From Dendrobates tinctorius (taxonomy: Eukaryota): DNA of 64,000 bases. The DNA lies in the NCBI RefSeq assembly GCF_039654945.1, contig NW_027361863.1:1612001-1676000 (forward strand), read 5' to 3'. The notes under the pieces are model-generated. The model made no database searches, was not told the origin of the DNA, and saw only the letters and a list, made by a program, of their open reading frames with translations. Of this stretch, positions 35,881-49,884 are shown in pieces. The first letter of the stretch is position 1. Each line of letters starts with the position of its first letter. The translations under genes and the position numbers were made by a program.

Positions 35881-37425
35881 TAGGTGATAATTTGCTTAGG
35901 CTGGAATACCCCTTTAATTAGTCCTGTGGTTCAACTGGATAAAAAAAAATTGACCAGTGGGTCATGTACTGTTGACTTGAAGAAATTTCGAGTTTGCATT
36001 GTGGTGGTTTAATCTATCGGCGGCCAGATCTGAAAATCAAGTCACCCAACACTAATGCTAGAAGATCAGCCAAGCTTGTAGGACACTAATCCAAGAAGTT
36101 CTAATCTAAATTCTATATTGTAAACTTTTCTCATACTCATCCGTGTTGGTGGCCATGTTGCTGGATATGGTCTTTCATCTCATGTCTCCTTCTAGTACCC
36201 AGATGACCTAGAAAAGTCATTTGAGGGTGGTCAATCCACCACCGGTTTGGTCAAAGATAGAGATGCGACATATTTATTCCTTTAAATGTTATGTACACCT
36301 TCACACAGATTTTTTTTTTTAATTGTTCCTTTTTGTTTCCTAAATGCAACTTCCTAAATGGTTTGCATTCAAACGTTTTTAGCGTTTTGCTGTTGCAAAG
36401 TGTCTAAGTCTCTCTCCTCCCTTCTCTGTGTTTGAGATAGCAGCAGGGAGGAGGCAGTACACAGATATCTGAGTCTTGAATCAGGAAGAAAGCATGTGGA
36501 GTCTCGGAGAAGGTAGAGAAAACTGGCTGTAGGCAAGGTGGAAAGCAAAGCACATGAAGAAAAAATTAACGCGGGATTGAAGCTGGGCTAATATATGAGC
36601 TGCTTACGGCATCGTGGAATCTCACTATACTCACTGACAGCCTGTATAACAGAGAGATGCTCCCACAAGAAAAGAAAAAATAAGCTTGGATCAGACTGAA
36701 AACTGCAGATAAGGGGGTCTGAAATTGAGTGAAGAGGTGGAGATTGCAACTGCAATTTTGATAGCTAAAAATAACCACTAAGATACTGTATGTAAAAATC
36801 ATTTTTCCATGTAAAAAGTGTCCATAGCCTTTAAAAGTTTTAATTTTTTTTTTTTTTTACAAACACTTGAAAATAGAACACAATAGCAAAAAAAGTAACA
36901 TGAACCTTACCCATGCTACTCCTGTGTCAAGGCTTCCTTGTTCCTCCACCGGTTCTCTATTTGCCCAGCTCTAGAAATTTCTTGCCACCTCAACTTATGA
37001 CCGTTTCTCTTAATCACTGGCCGGAGTGATGGCACGGTGGTATAAAGACGTCACCACTGTGACCAAGTGATTGTAGTGATCGCATAGTGTCAGCACATCT
37101 GAGCCAGGTAGTCAGACACTGGCGGAGCCACTGCGGACAAGTATGGTGGGTATTACACCTTATTTACCATTCACAACTGTTAGTGAAAAATGTTATTGTG
37201 CTGGAAAAACTACATTTATCTCGCTAAATTGCATATTTCTGCTCATGGCATGATCCGTTATATATTTTTTTTGTATTTATTTTTTTCAGATTTTAGTTTT
37301 TTCTTCCTAAATACGTTTTCCCCAAATGCCATAAATAACTGCAATTACCCAAAAATATAATATTGCCATAATTTCCCTCTGATGCATCATCACTCATGGT
37401 GGACTATGTGTTATTATGTTTTCAG

Positions 37426-37500
37426 CTTGGGAACATTCCCTGAGAGAGAAATGGAATTGCAAGTCCATCTACGTGGTGGGGAAAGCCACTGCTGCCCTGG
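37426..37500 (+). CDS. UROS: UROS coding exon 4 ([25 protein letters not shown])
   Basis: 75 nt, phase 1/1; tttcag|CT...G|gtaagt. Confidence 0.96.
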
Positions 37501-37974
37501 GTAAGTAGTCACGAGGGCCCGGGCATTACTGAAAATCAGCATCACAAATAAGACATTTGTAGAGCACTGAGTATAAAGCTTTTAGAATTTCTAGGTACTT
37601 AAAATGGATCTTAGAAATGTCTACATTGTGAGAATAACTGGACTCTCTTAGCTTTGGGCCTTTGAACATTGGCCAATTTTTCTACCCACTTAGTAATCTC
37701 TTACCAACATTGTGATGGTTTTTTTTTTATTAAAATTTCTGATTAATGTCAGTGATCAGCAACCTTATTGCTAATGTTAGGGGTTAATCAATGAAAAATT
37801 GTTCTCCTGCAAGAATCCTCATCAGCTGAAATGCATGGAGATATTGTTCAATTCCTCTGCAACCCCACACATTGAAAACATGCGTCATTACTCAGGCACG
37901 GACATGCTCATTCCTCCGAAACAACAAATACTTTGTATACAGAGCTCCACTGAGTGAACAGGGGAAAAAGAATG

Positions 37975-38580
37975 TACAGTCTCAGGGAGGGCAGAGAAAA
38001 TGTACAGTCTCAGCGAGGGCAGAGAAAATCTACAGGTTCAGGGAAAGCAGAGCTCATTTACAGTCTCAGGGAAGACAGAGATAATCTACAGTCTCAGCGA
38101 GGGCAGAGAAATTGTACAGTCTCAGGGAGGGCAGAGAAAATGTACAGTCTCAGGGAGGGCAGAGAAAATGTACAGTCTCAGGGAGGGCAGAGAAAATGTA
38201 CAGTCTCAGGGAGGGCAGAGAAAATGTACAGTCTCAGGGAGGGCAGAGAAAATGTACAGTCTCAGGGAGGGCAGAGAAAATGTACAGTCTCAGGGAGGGC
38301 AGAGAAAATGTACAGTCTCAGGGAGGGCAGAGAAAATGTACAGTCTCAGGGAGGGCAGAGAAAATGTACAGGTTCAGGGAAAGCAGAGATCATTTACAGT
38401 CTCAGGGAGAGCAGAGATAATCTACAGTCTCAGGGAAGGCAGAGAAAATCTACAGTAACAGGGAAAGCAGAGGTAATTTACAGTCTCAGGGAGAGCAGAG
38501 ATAATCTACACTCTCAGGGAAAGCAGAGATAATTACATTCTCAGGAAGAGGCAAGAAAATCTTCAGTCTCAGGGAGGTCA
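37975..38580. repeat. 28-bp tandem repeat (TACAGTCTCAGGGAGGGCAGAGAAAATG), about 21 copies
   Basis: direct periodicity, homogeneous centre. Confidence 0.95.
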
Positions 38581-40914
38581 ATGAAAACAGGCTGTAGATA
38601 AGGAAAGGATAAAAGCACATGAAAAGGAAATACTTGCAGGATTGAAGCTGAGCTAATATATCAGCTGATGAAGCACCCTGCTCTTCATCACTCATGCTAA
38701 AAGAGAATTGCATTTTTTTACATTGACAAGACTTATCACGTATCTAAAGGATGATACTGTATGTTTTATGATCACTGTGCTGCCTGGATTCCCACCAATC
38801 CCAAGAACGGATGCGCAATATGAATGGAGTGTTAGGGAGCATGTGTGACCACCAGTCCTATGGAACGGTGGTCACACATGCTCACAATGGTTCTATTCAC
38901 ACGGTTCTTATGATGTGTTGGGGAGCTCAGCAGTCAGACTCTGATAATATTATAGATAGGTAATAAATGTTGTTTATAGGACTATTCCTTTAACTTTGAG
39001 TGAGAAAATAAGAAGTTTTAGCCTTAATGTCTCCTTAGCCGGCCTTCTTCCCTCTCCTAGAAGATCTATCTGATAATGATCTGCCTCACGGCCTCCGAGC
39101 AGTCTTCTAAATATGCCTCGTTCCCACACATATTTTCATCTCTCCCTTTTTCTTGAATTATTGATCGATGCATCCACTCCATCAATTATTAAATAAACGC
39201 TTCTTACAAAATTAGAAAATAATAATAATACTGATATTTGGAAACATTAAAGGAGGAGATTTTTTTTAAGGAGCCGAGTGACGGATGTAACCTGTGATTT
39301 CCATAATATTTCAGGTACTCGGAGAGGGGATAACAATCTCGTATCATTTTACCTGGATGCTTTATTGTAAATTGGGAGCAATTTGCTTTTAAATTAGAGA
39401 TAATTTTTTTTTTTTTTTTTTTTTTTCTGGGGCAAGATTTTTTTTATATTTTTCTTATCTTCTTCTGTCCTTGAACCATAGCCTGGCGGAGTTAATTTGT
39501 TTTGTAACTACTCTTAACTCTGGCACACAGGCTGTTTTATGTTCCTTTTAAAGACGTGCTATAAAGCTGTCACCTCGGCGCTCTTCTTCAGTCATATTCT
39601 ACTTCTGTATGTGACTTACAGTGTCGGGGATCTCTACGATGTTCTCTCTCTCTCTCTTCCAATCCTCAGAGCAATACCCGGGCTGCGAGCCAGTGCTGAC
39701 ATTGCAGAGCGGCTCCGTAATAGACAACACAAGTCACAGTTTAGGAAGGCTGAAGGCTGCTGTACTTCTGACATTTAAACATTTTCTTGCGCAGCTACTA
39801 AGAACACGGAGGCTCGCCGCCAAATTACCGGCATGATGTTTCTACTGCAACGCTTCTTACTTTGATTTTCTTGTGTATTTTTTTTTCTTATTCTTTTTTT
39901 TTTTTCCATGTGTATCCAGAATGCCGATGCACATCAAAAATCCCGCTGAAGTCAGCAATGCCAAGTCAAGGGCAGAACAACCCAGCTACCCAGTTGTTTT
40001 AAGGAGGAAAACACACACAATGGTTTTGTGTAGAGGTGCAAAAGGACTTTCATAAAAAGTCATGAAGGCTTTATTGTACTTCCTTTTGCCTCCGATTTAA
40101 AAGATACCGTGGGTGAAATAAGTATTGAACACGTCACCAATTTTCGAAGTAAATATAATTTTAACGGTGCTATTGACATGAAATTCTCACCAGATGTCTG
40201 TAATGACCCATCCAATCCACACAGGCAAATACATCAAGTCATAGATGTCCATAAATTCTGTGTAATAATGAGAAATGACACAGGGAAAAAGTATTGAGCA
40301 CGATTACTGAAATTTATGTAATGCTTGATACAAAAGCCATTGCTGGTGATGACAACTTCAGGATGCCTCCTGTATGGAGAAACTAGTCGCATGCATTGCT
40401 CCGGTGTGATTTCGGCCCATTCTTCCACACAAACACTTTTCACATCTTGAAAGTCATGTGGGCTCCTTCTATGAACTCTGAGCTTTAGTTCGTTCCATAC
40501 ATTTACCATTGGCTTCAGGGCAGGTGATCGGCTCAGCCATTTAGCAGCTTTATTGTCTTTTTCTGAAACCAATTGAGAGTTCCCTTGGCTGTGTGTTTGC
40601 CATCATTGTCTTGCTGAATTTTCCACTCTTGTTTCATCTTCATCATCTGCTAGATGGCAGCAGTTTTTTTTGTCAAGAATGGCTCAGTACATTTGTCCAT
40701 TCATTCTTCCATAAATTACATGAAGTTGTCCAGTGCCATATGCCGATTAACAGCCCCACACCATTATGTCCCACCTCCAAACTTCACCATTAGTATGGTG
40801 TTTTTGGGGTGATATGCAGTGCCTATTGGCTTCCAAACATGATGTGTATTATGGCATCCAAATAGTTCAATTTTGGTCTCACCTGACCAGACTATATTCT
40901 CCTAGTATTTCTAA

Positions 40915-41837
40915 GGCTGTGTGCCCACATTGCATTTTTTAAGCGTTCTTGCCGCTTTTTTTCCGCAGTGGAAACGCTTAAAAGCGCTAACAAAACCTAT
41001 CCCATGCAATCCAATGGGATTCCGCACTTGCTGTGCCCATGCTGTGGATTTAACCGTTGTAGAAACGCATCGCGGTAAAATCCACAGCATGTCCATTAAT
41101 TTTGCGGAATCGTGGCAATTCTGCAGCCATAGGATTGCATTGAAACGCTCACTTTACGCATGTGGCTATGCCCACTGTGCGTAAAGTGAGCGCTTCATGT
41201 GCGGGGGATACCCAGGGTCTGAAGGAGAGGAGACTCTCCTCCATACCCTGGGTACCATATCCCTGTAAAAAATAGAATAAAAATAAAAATTAGTGATATA
41301 CTCACCTTCTGATGGCCCCCAGAATCCTCCCGCCGCTCAACCACGCTGCCAGCACCTTACGGTCCCAGGGATGCATTGCGCGAATAACCCCAGTTGACGT
41401 TACGGTTGCGTGACCGCTACGTCATCTGAGATGATTCTCGCAATGCATCCCTGGGAACGGAGCTTGGCAGCAGCGTCGCTGAGAGGCAGGAGAGCTCCGG
41501 GGGCCATCAGAAGGTGAGTCTATCACTTTTTAATTTTTTTTACATCCTATCTTTTACTACCGTATTGATGCTGCATAGGCAGCATCAGTAGTAAAAAGTT
41601 GGTCACACTTGTCGAGCGCTGTGCTTGACAAGTGTGACCAACCTGTCGATCACCTTTCCAAGCGATGCTACAAATCGCTTGGAAAGCGCAAGCATTCCAC
41701 AAGCTAAAAACACTTGCAAAATGCTTGTGTTTTGTGGAAAAACGCATGCGAATTCCGCATGCATTTTACCCGAGGCATGGTCTTGCGGAAATGCTGCAGA
41801 CATTTCCGCAGCATTTCGGCAACGTGGGCACATAGCC
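40915..41837. mobile_element. PIF/Harbinger-type MITE inside the Tc1
   Basis: TAA|GGCTGTGTGCCCACATTGC ... GCAACGTGGGCACATAGCC|TAA. Confidence 0.88.
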
Positions 41838-42012
41838 TAAGTCTTGCATTGTGAGTGTGCATGCGGGCCATGGAGGTTTTGTGGTGAGCGTGCATACAGG
41901 CCATGGAGGTTGAGTTCTTTACTTACAGTTTTCTTTGAAACAATTGTGCCTTCTGATTCCAAGTCTTTCTGTAGCTCTCCACATGTGGTCCTTGGCTCTT
42001 GGATAGCCAATT

Positions 42013-43099
42013 TGTCATGATCCAGGCTGGATCTGACAAGTTAAATGGACAAATTGAACTTTTTTTCCTTTGGCTGGGTGCCAAAGTGGTGTGATCGCCC
42101 CCCGGTGGCCATTAGAATTATTGCACAGTGATGTCGTTCATTCTAAGTTGCCCCGTTAGTGGTGAGGGATATCGCACTTTAGTTCTTTGGTTTAATGTGC
42201 ACGTATTACAAATCAGGTGTGAGGCTCTATAAAAGTTTCAAGTGTGTTTGATGATCATTGGTGATATTGATAGTTCATCATTTGGGAAGCAAGCCTGGGT
42301 GATGAAGGAGCTGAATGAGAGTCCTGGGCAGCCCAGCCAGAGGGATTGGTGGAGTCCAACAGTGTAGTCTGCAAGAAGGGCTTGCATGGCGTGGTGGAGT
42401 CGCAGTTTATGGTGTCAGCAGGAGGTGCTTGCATGGCTTGGTGGAGTGGCGACTATGGTGAGAGTTGCACTCAGCATGCTGGACTTGGTTGCTGAAAACT
42501 GGACTCAAGCATGCTGGACTTATTGGCAGAAAAGTTGGACTCGCGCATGCTGGACTTTTTGGCAGAAGCTGGACTCATCTTTGGGACTCTGTCTACTGGG
42601 CAGCTGCAACTGGTGGTGGACTCTGCTCCAAGGCTGCACTAGGGTGATGGATCCGGTTATGGTGATGGATCCGGTTGAAGGAGAAGATGCACGCAGGTGG
42701 TGGGCTCTGTTGCGGGGAGCATAAGCAACAGAGCAAAGCTAAGTGGTGTCCCCCTGTATTGTCATTTTTCCTTATGTGTGTTTAGTGCAGTGCTGGGATT
42801 AGTTTCCACACCGACCAATTCCCTAGTGAGGGTTTAGGTGCAGGGCGAGTCAGGGTTTTAAGGTACGCGTGCGGAACCGGCATAGGGAACCTTAGGAGTG
42901 CAGGGACTCTGGCTCAGGGGAGTGCAGGAGGTCTCCACTTCCCCGTTTCCCTATCGTAGGGCCCTCCATTGTTAATGTTACCCAGGTTTCCCTTTATTAT
43001 TTAAATTCGCCCCACTGGAGGCGGTGTATCCAGGGTCACAAGTGTCATATGGGTTCGCCTTGCGGTACTCGCTGCGTCCAGACACACGTGACCATGACA
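42013..43099. mobile_element. Solo LTR (1087 bp) inside the Tc1
   Basis: TGTCATG...CATGACA termini; 5-bp TSD CAATT. Confidence 0.88.
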
Positions 43100-43412
43100 C
43101 AATTCTTTTCACTGCAATGATTGCCTGAAATTTTGTGAGGAGCACCGAGTTGTGGCCGGTTTATGGTGCTCACTAGAACCTTCAGTAGTTTTAGGTTAGA
43201 AATTATTCTGTAAAAAATGCCATCAGTATGTTTTGCAACAATAAGGTTGTGAAGGTCTTGAGACAGCTTACTGGTTTCAACCATCATGAGATGTTACTTG
43301 AGTGTGCACCTTGGTAATGAGACACCTTCTTATGTGCCATCAGTTGAACCAGCTGATATTATTTTTCATTAAGTGGCAGGATTGCTTTCTAATTACTGAT
43401 AGATTTCAGTTG

Positions 43413-44734
43413 ATGAATATACCAGGAAAGATCTTCGAACAAATTATTAAACAACATGTATGTAAGTACCTGGATAAGAAACAAGTGATTAAACAGAGTC
43501 GGCATGGGTTTGTAACTAATAAGTCATGTCAGACTAACTTAATTTCCTTCTATGATAGAATCACTGATTGGGTGGATCAGGGAAATGCTGTAGATATAGT
43601 ATATCCTGACTTCAGCAAAGCATTTGACAAAGTCATTTTTACAATAAGGATTGAGTGAGATACTAAGTATGGAATGGACAAGGCAACTGTTAGGTGGATT
43701 CATAACTGGCTTAGTGATCGGACCCAAAGAGTGGTCGCAAATGGCTGCACATCCAGTTAGAAGAATGTCTCAAGTGGGGTACCACAGGGCTCTGTCCTGG
43801 GCCCTGTATTGTTCAACATCTTTTTCAACAATTTAGATGAAGGAATTGAGGGTACACTGATTAAATTTGCTAATGACACAAAGCTAGGAGGGATAGCTAA
43901 TACTAGAGAAGAGAGAGAGGATTCAAAAAGATATAAATAAACTGGAGCAGTGGGTAGCAACTAACAGAATGGTTTTTAACAGGGAAAAATGCAAAGTACT
44001 ACATCTGGGCAATAAAAATGAAAAAAGCATATTCAGAATGGGAGGAATATGGCTAAGCAACATCACATGTGAAAAAGACTTGGGTATACTAATAGATCAC
44101 AGACTGAATATGAGTCAACAGTGTGATGCAGCAGCAAAAAAGGCAAATGCAATTCTAGGATGTATTAACAGAAGCATACAGTCTAGATCACCTGAAGTCA
44201 TTATTGCCCTCTACTCCTCTTTGGTTAGACCTCATCTGGAATACTGTGTCCAGTTTTGGGCACCACATTTTAAAAAAGACATCAACAAACTGGAGCAAGT
44301 TCAGAAAAGAGCGACCACAATGGTGACCGTTCTGCAAACCCTGTGTTATGAGGAAAGGTTGCAGGATTTGGGAATGTTTAGCTTGCAAAAGAGAAGACTG
44401 AGAGGAGACTTAATAGCTGTCTACAAATATCTAAAGGGCTGTCACATTGTAGAAGGATCAACTTTATTCTCATTTGCACAAGGGAAGACTAGAAGCAATG
44501 GGATGAAACTGAATGGGAGGAGACACAGATTAGATATTAGAAAAAACTTTTTGACAGTGAGGGTGATCAACGAGTGGAACAGGCTGCCACGAGAAGTGGT
44601 GAGTTCTCCTTCAATGGAAGTCTTCAAACAGAGGCTGGACAGACATCTGTCTGGGATGATTTAGCGAATCCTGCATTGAGCAGGGGGTTGGACCAGATGA
44701 CCCAGGAGGTCCCTTCCAACTCTACAATTCTATG
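43413..44734 (+). mobile_element. 5'-truncated CR1 LINE (RT domain with frameshifts) inside the Tc1
   Basis: IPGKIFEQII...DFSKAFDKV; ORF 43969-44664 C-terminus; ATTCTATG tail. Confidence 0.95.
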
Positions 44735-46502
44735 TGAGGATTTTCCATGGTTCTTTGCACTTCTTCATGTGTTCAATACTTTTTTCCATGTGTCATTTCT
44801 CATTATTACACATATCTTAATTTATGGACATCTATGGTTTAATTTCTCTGCCTGTGTGGATTGGATGGGTTGTTACCGACATTTGGTGAGAAATTCATCT
44901 GAATAGCACCTTTTAGAAATATATTTACTTTGAAAATTGGTGAGATGTTCAATACTTATTTTACCCTCTGTAATTAAAGGTTGTGTACCAAGTTAATAAG
45001 CCGTTAGGAATGGGGATAACTTATTGATCGCTGGGGGAGTCCGACCACTGTGAGAACCACCAGTCCCGAAGTGCCACATCTGAATGGAACAGAGGTCGAG
45101 CATGTGCTCCATTTAAACTCTCAGGCATTGCTGAAGATAGCCCGTTACAGGCCTTGGCCGTCTGTTGCAGAGCCCCATCTCCTAACAACTTATCCTCTAT
45201 CAATGGAATAACTTATTAAATTGGAACAAACTTTTATGGAGTATTCAAGACTACAAACTTATCCTCTATCCGCCTGGTGTAAATATTGGTGTAGCTCCCA
45301 CCAATGTGGCCCTAACCAATCTCCATAATGCTGGCGTAAAAAAATGTGGCAAGGAGGAGCTGGAAAGAGCGCCCAGTTGTGCATTTGCTCCGTTTTGAAT
45401 TTGCTCCACTTCGTTTGGCCATCCTCATCAGTCCCACGGCTTTTAATTAGGCAGCAGGTACGACCAGATATACTATGTGGCTCATCTTCAACACGGTAAT
45501 ATGGCCAGGGGTGCACAGTGGGCAGCTTTACCAGCAGTGAGAACCACACCGATCTAACAATTATACCCAATCCAGTGGATGGATGAGCCATTCTGTAAAC
45601 CGAAATACCCTTTTTAAATTATTTTTGCAAAATTTCTGACAAACCCAGCAGAAAAACTTTTTTTTTTTTCATAGTCCTTCAACTCTCGTGTAATTGGAGA
45701 TATTACCCCCTAAAAGTATTTTGGACATACCGCAATTGTCAGAGCATTTACACCAGTACATATAGGTGAGTCCACTCCGTGGTAAGGGGCCGTACAACCT
45801 CCTTGCTTTGCCTTGTGTATGTGTCCTAAGGACTTTATTGTGCATAAGAAGTTGTTCAACATCCATCTTCATATTAAGAAAAAAATAATAATCTTGACGA
45901 CGTCCATTTTTCTGGCATTTTCCTTTTTGAAGACACGATACTATACAAAACAAGTCAATGGGAAAGCTCAAAAGATGCCCAGAAATCTTTTTGATCATTT
46001 TTTTTTTTTTTAGCGTTTTTGCTTAAAAAACCACTGGTGGTTTCTCGACGTAAAAAAAAAACAAAGTCCACAAAATACCAGAAAAAAAGATACCCCAGGA
46101 ATGCTAAAAAAAAATTAAAAACAGTCAAAATCGTAGAAAAAGTGCCCAGAAACAAACCTAAACATACTAAAGAATTAGTGTTACAGCATTACAATTGATA
46201 GCGCTGGTGCAGCAGTGGGATCCAGTTGGAAAATTGGACGCCATAGTGGCAAAAAGGTGATGGGAAGAGCAGATCCGGAACCACAGGAAGCTGAGTGGAA
46301 GCTTCGGCAATGGGTGCAGCTGAGTTATTATTGAAAAGGAAGCAGAGTAAAGTCTGCGATGTGGAATCGTGGTAGCCAAGCTGCATTGCATAGAAAGTTC
46401 AGAGGCTGAGGTGGTTCATTGAAGTAGCAGAGTTAATCAACCAGAGTAGCAGAGCTGAGTTGAACATGAGGTTCAAAAGCTGAGCTGGTCCAGCAATATA
46501 GC

Positions 46503-47133
46503 TGTCAGGACACTGCTGTCTGGTGACCCAGGACCAGGGGCTCCTTCCCTGTCCCTAACACTAGGGGGCGCCCTAGCTCGCCCTATTCCCGGGATACTTC
46601 TGAAGGTGAAGATGCCGGGGCCTCCACCCTTTCCTTATCTCCTGAGTTAACCCTGTCCTCTTCCCCCACCCAGTGAAGGGCGCTATTGTACTCCGCAGTA
46701 CACAAACCCCCACAAACATGGCTACACAAACAAGGGTTAACAGAAAACTCCAGGCATACAAAATATTCACTCACATATGACAGAGGAATGCACCGAGCCG
46801 TGGAGGATGGGGAATAAACAAAAGTAGAGAAGGGAAGGGAATTACCACACTTACAAACCATGCAACAGTCACAGATAACTCCTCCAGCACTCCTTCTCAT
46901 ATGAGCACCTCTTCCTCCTGAAGCCATGCAGCAAATGCTAGCTCTGACATGGATTTGCATCAGAGCCCAGATTATAAAGGAGAAGGGAGTGGCTAACCGG
47001 CCACTAGCCCTGTTCTGCCAAAAGGGATAAACACTATGAAAATGAAGTAGAAATGCTTCTTCTCAGCGCCGGAGTAGGAGCAATCAGACGCTGTGGTTTT
47101 CTGGCGCCACACTGTCGCGATACCCCCACGACA
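46503..47133. mobile_element. Probable solo LTR (631 bp)
   Basis: TGTCAGG...CACGACA termini; imperfect TSD ATAGC/ATAGA; interrupts a degenerate GCAGAGCTGAG repeat. Confidence 0.65.
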
Positions 47134-48029
47134 ATAGAGCTGACTTAGCAATGTAGCAAAGCTGAATTTGCAACAGACTTCGTAGCAGAACCAATTCTAT
47201 GGACAAAACGTAATACCTATGCTGAGTTAGAAATGGTTCCAAAAGTCCTTGGTCCAACCCCCTGAGTCATGTATGGCTTAGGTGAGTGCCATGACCATCT
47301 GACTCATTGAGGAACACAAGGACCCGGTGGCAGGAGAACGAAAACGCAGAGCCCGGCACTCGATCCATGAGAGGTGAGTAATAGTTACAGGATAATATAC
47401 CCTTTGGCTGCCTTATTTTCCTGGTGGATCGAGAAGGCAAAACGTGCACCTGCTGCGGTCATAATCGCGATACGGCACAATGAAAGACTTACGATAGCTT
47501 CTCAAATTTTCTCAGTCTAATTTTTTAAACCCAAAAACGAGCTTTTAATCGAAGTCACCTTCTGCACTTTTGCTTCTTTTTAAATTTTGGAATGTTTTGT
47601 TTTTATAGACAAATTTGTTGACCGGTTCACTTCCTAAACACCATCTTGTCCACCTATAATAGGGAAGCCTTGATATATGTTGTCATTACACGCTCCTCCA
47701 ATGAATGTTTAATACCATCATTAGTTTCCAGCGTGAATTTCTGTAAATGAAACGTGAATTGCCTTCCCCGAGAGATCTGGTTAGTGTAATTTTTGACCCT
47801 CTGAAACGTTGTTTAATCGCCTGGTAATTAGAATATCTTGAATATTTAATTGGATAGCCATTGCGATAAGATGCTGTAACTCCTGCGAGGCCGAAGGTTG
47901 TCACGTACCCGGAGCAATAGATTTCGGAATCGAAGACCGGGTAGTTTATGAGGCTTATATCTCACCTGGTTTAATGTTTTATTCCTCTCGGTCCATATTA
48001 ATTAACTCATAATGGATGTTGTCTTCTAG

Positions 48030-48104
48030 TTGACGATCTTGGCCTTTCTTCAGAAGGGGAAGCATCTGGTAATGCGGAGAAGCTTGCTGACCTCATATGC
48101 TCAA
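48030..48104 (+). CDS. UROS: UROS coding exon 5 (VDDLGLSSEGEASGNAEKLADLICS)
   Basis: 75 nt; ttctag|TT...A|gtaagt; GNAEKLA motif. Confidence 0.96.
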
Positions 48105-48424
48105 GTAAGTGTATCTACGTACTAAACACAACTTTTTTTTGGGTGGATGCAAGCATTGAATGAGCAGAACTGTGGTGCTCACTTCAGCCTTGCAACCATC
48201 TTCACTGCAGGATGCAATGACCTCCGAATTTACCTCTTGTCAATTCTTTTCAGCTTCTTAAAACATTGACATTTTATTAGCCAATCAAAGTCTTTTATTT
48301 AAAAGACAGTTATCACTTATCGTGTGGATGATTGATTGCTGGAGATCCCACCCTTTCCTCCATTCTTTCTCTCTACACATTTTGCCAAAGTTCAGTCCTT
48401 TTTTTTTTAATTTATTTTTTTCAG

Positions 48425-48508
48425 AGCAGGTCGCTTACTCTGCCCCCATCCTGTTTCCATGCGGCTCCTTGAAAAGGGAAGTTCTTCCCAAAAAACTTCA
48501 GGAGGAAA
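48425..48508 (+). CDS. UROS: UROS coding exon 6 (KQVAYSAPILFPCGSLKREVLPKKLQEE)
   Basis: 84 nt; ttttcag|AG...A|gtgagt; LFPCGxLKRE motif. Confidence 0.94.
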
Positions 48509-48953
48509 GTGAGTATCTGCAAAATGTCATTCTCCTTATTTTTGGGGGAAAAAAAAAGGATGTCAGCGGTATAACAGTCGCAAGAAATAGAAAGTTGTAC
48601 AATTTATCAAAAAGATTTATGTCTCGGTTCCTTTGTTTAAGTTCTTTGCTTTCAGTCATTGAATAGGAACCGTCATTTTGTTTCCTTGCAGTGGATAAAA
48701 ATCTGTCTCGGTCATGTAAAAACAAGACATGGCGCTGGTAACCGTACTGTAACGAGCCGCACTCCTGCGTGCCAGCACACATGGTGTGAGCGGTGGAGAG
48801 TCCCATACACAGATCTTGCCCGGGATTAGTTTGGGTGATTTTGTGGAGATATGTACATGTAGACATGGGGAAAAGCGATATGTATGAACACCCGTTTCGA
48901 GGTGGTAATGTGCAGCTCACATTTTTAGCTACTGTCGTGATCTTTTTATATCA

Positions 48954-48984
<31 letters not shown>

Positions 48985-49884
48985 GCTTTACACTTTGCTG
49001 CAAAATGGCAACGTTGTAAATTATTGGGTGACGTTTTCTTAGTGTGTAAAGAAAAATAGGTATCATATTCCCTAAAGGGGTTGTCCAGCTGATAAAATTG
49101 ATCTTTGTAAGGGCTCATATTGATGTAAAAGAAGCGAAACGTTACTCGCCCGCACCGATTCCCCGCAGCTCTCATTCTGGACGCTTACCCAGTCCCCGCA
49201 GGTCTGTACTTCCAGTCTCATTCCAAAAATGGCAAGAAATACCCACTGAACCAATCATCGGCGGCCACTGCCATTACCGTTGTGTCTAGCTATGATCAGT
49301 AAGTAAAGGCCCCCATACATATTAGTGATCGTTCAGCCAACAGTAAACTCAACCGATCACTCGGCTCGGATGAGCGCTCTGGTATCCTCCATTAGAGAGT
49401 CGCTGCCAGACTCAACGGGCCACGTCTTGTCTCCTGATAAAAAAATATCCGCATTGAAATTCTAATAGCCCGATTTTTGTGACCCCCTCCCCTGTCGTCA
49501 TCTGTCAAGGACCAGTCGGGAGCCCCCCCCCATACACATTAGATTGTTGGCTGGATCGGTCTAATTTGTTTGCGAGAGATTTAATTTTGTACTTATTATT
49601 TATTACTATTTATTAGTAATAAAACTTTAACTACTTTTTTTTTTACTTATTTACTTTATCTGCTGGAAGACCCCCTTAGGGTCTCTCTCACTTTCCGGTG
49701 AGTAGTGAAGCCTTTCCTATCCGGCTACAAACACTTTATTGTATTCTGAAAATCTCCGTAAAGCCACCAGTACGCGGCATAACACGAGTGCAGCCGACAC
49801 TTCCATGGTGTGAAATTGCTGGTGTAGGTCTTTGTAATATCCCGGTCTGTTTTATAGAAATACATTTCTATTTTCTAATTACAG

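Larger units (their letters stand above)
40107..44970 (-). mobile_element. Tc1-like transposon (about 200-bp TIRs, TA TSD) with a pseudogenised transposase split by three nested insertions
   Basis: TA|CCGTGGGTGAAATAAGTATTGAAC ... GTTCAATACTTATTTTACCCTCTG|TA; N-term MVETSKLSQDLHNLIVAKH (43045-43287); C-term [19 protein letters not shown] (40234-40572). Confidence 0.92.

Noticed and set aside
37872-38532. Repetitive ORFs in three frames
   Set aside because: Translations of the 28-bp repeat
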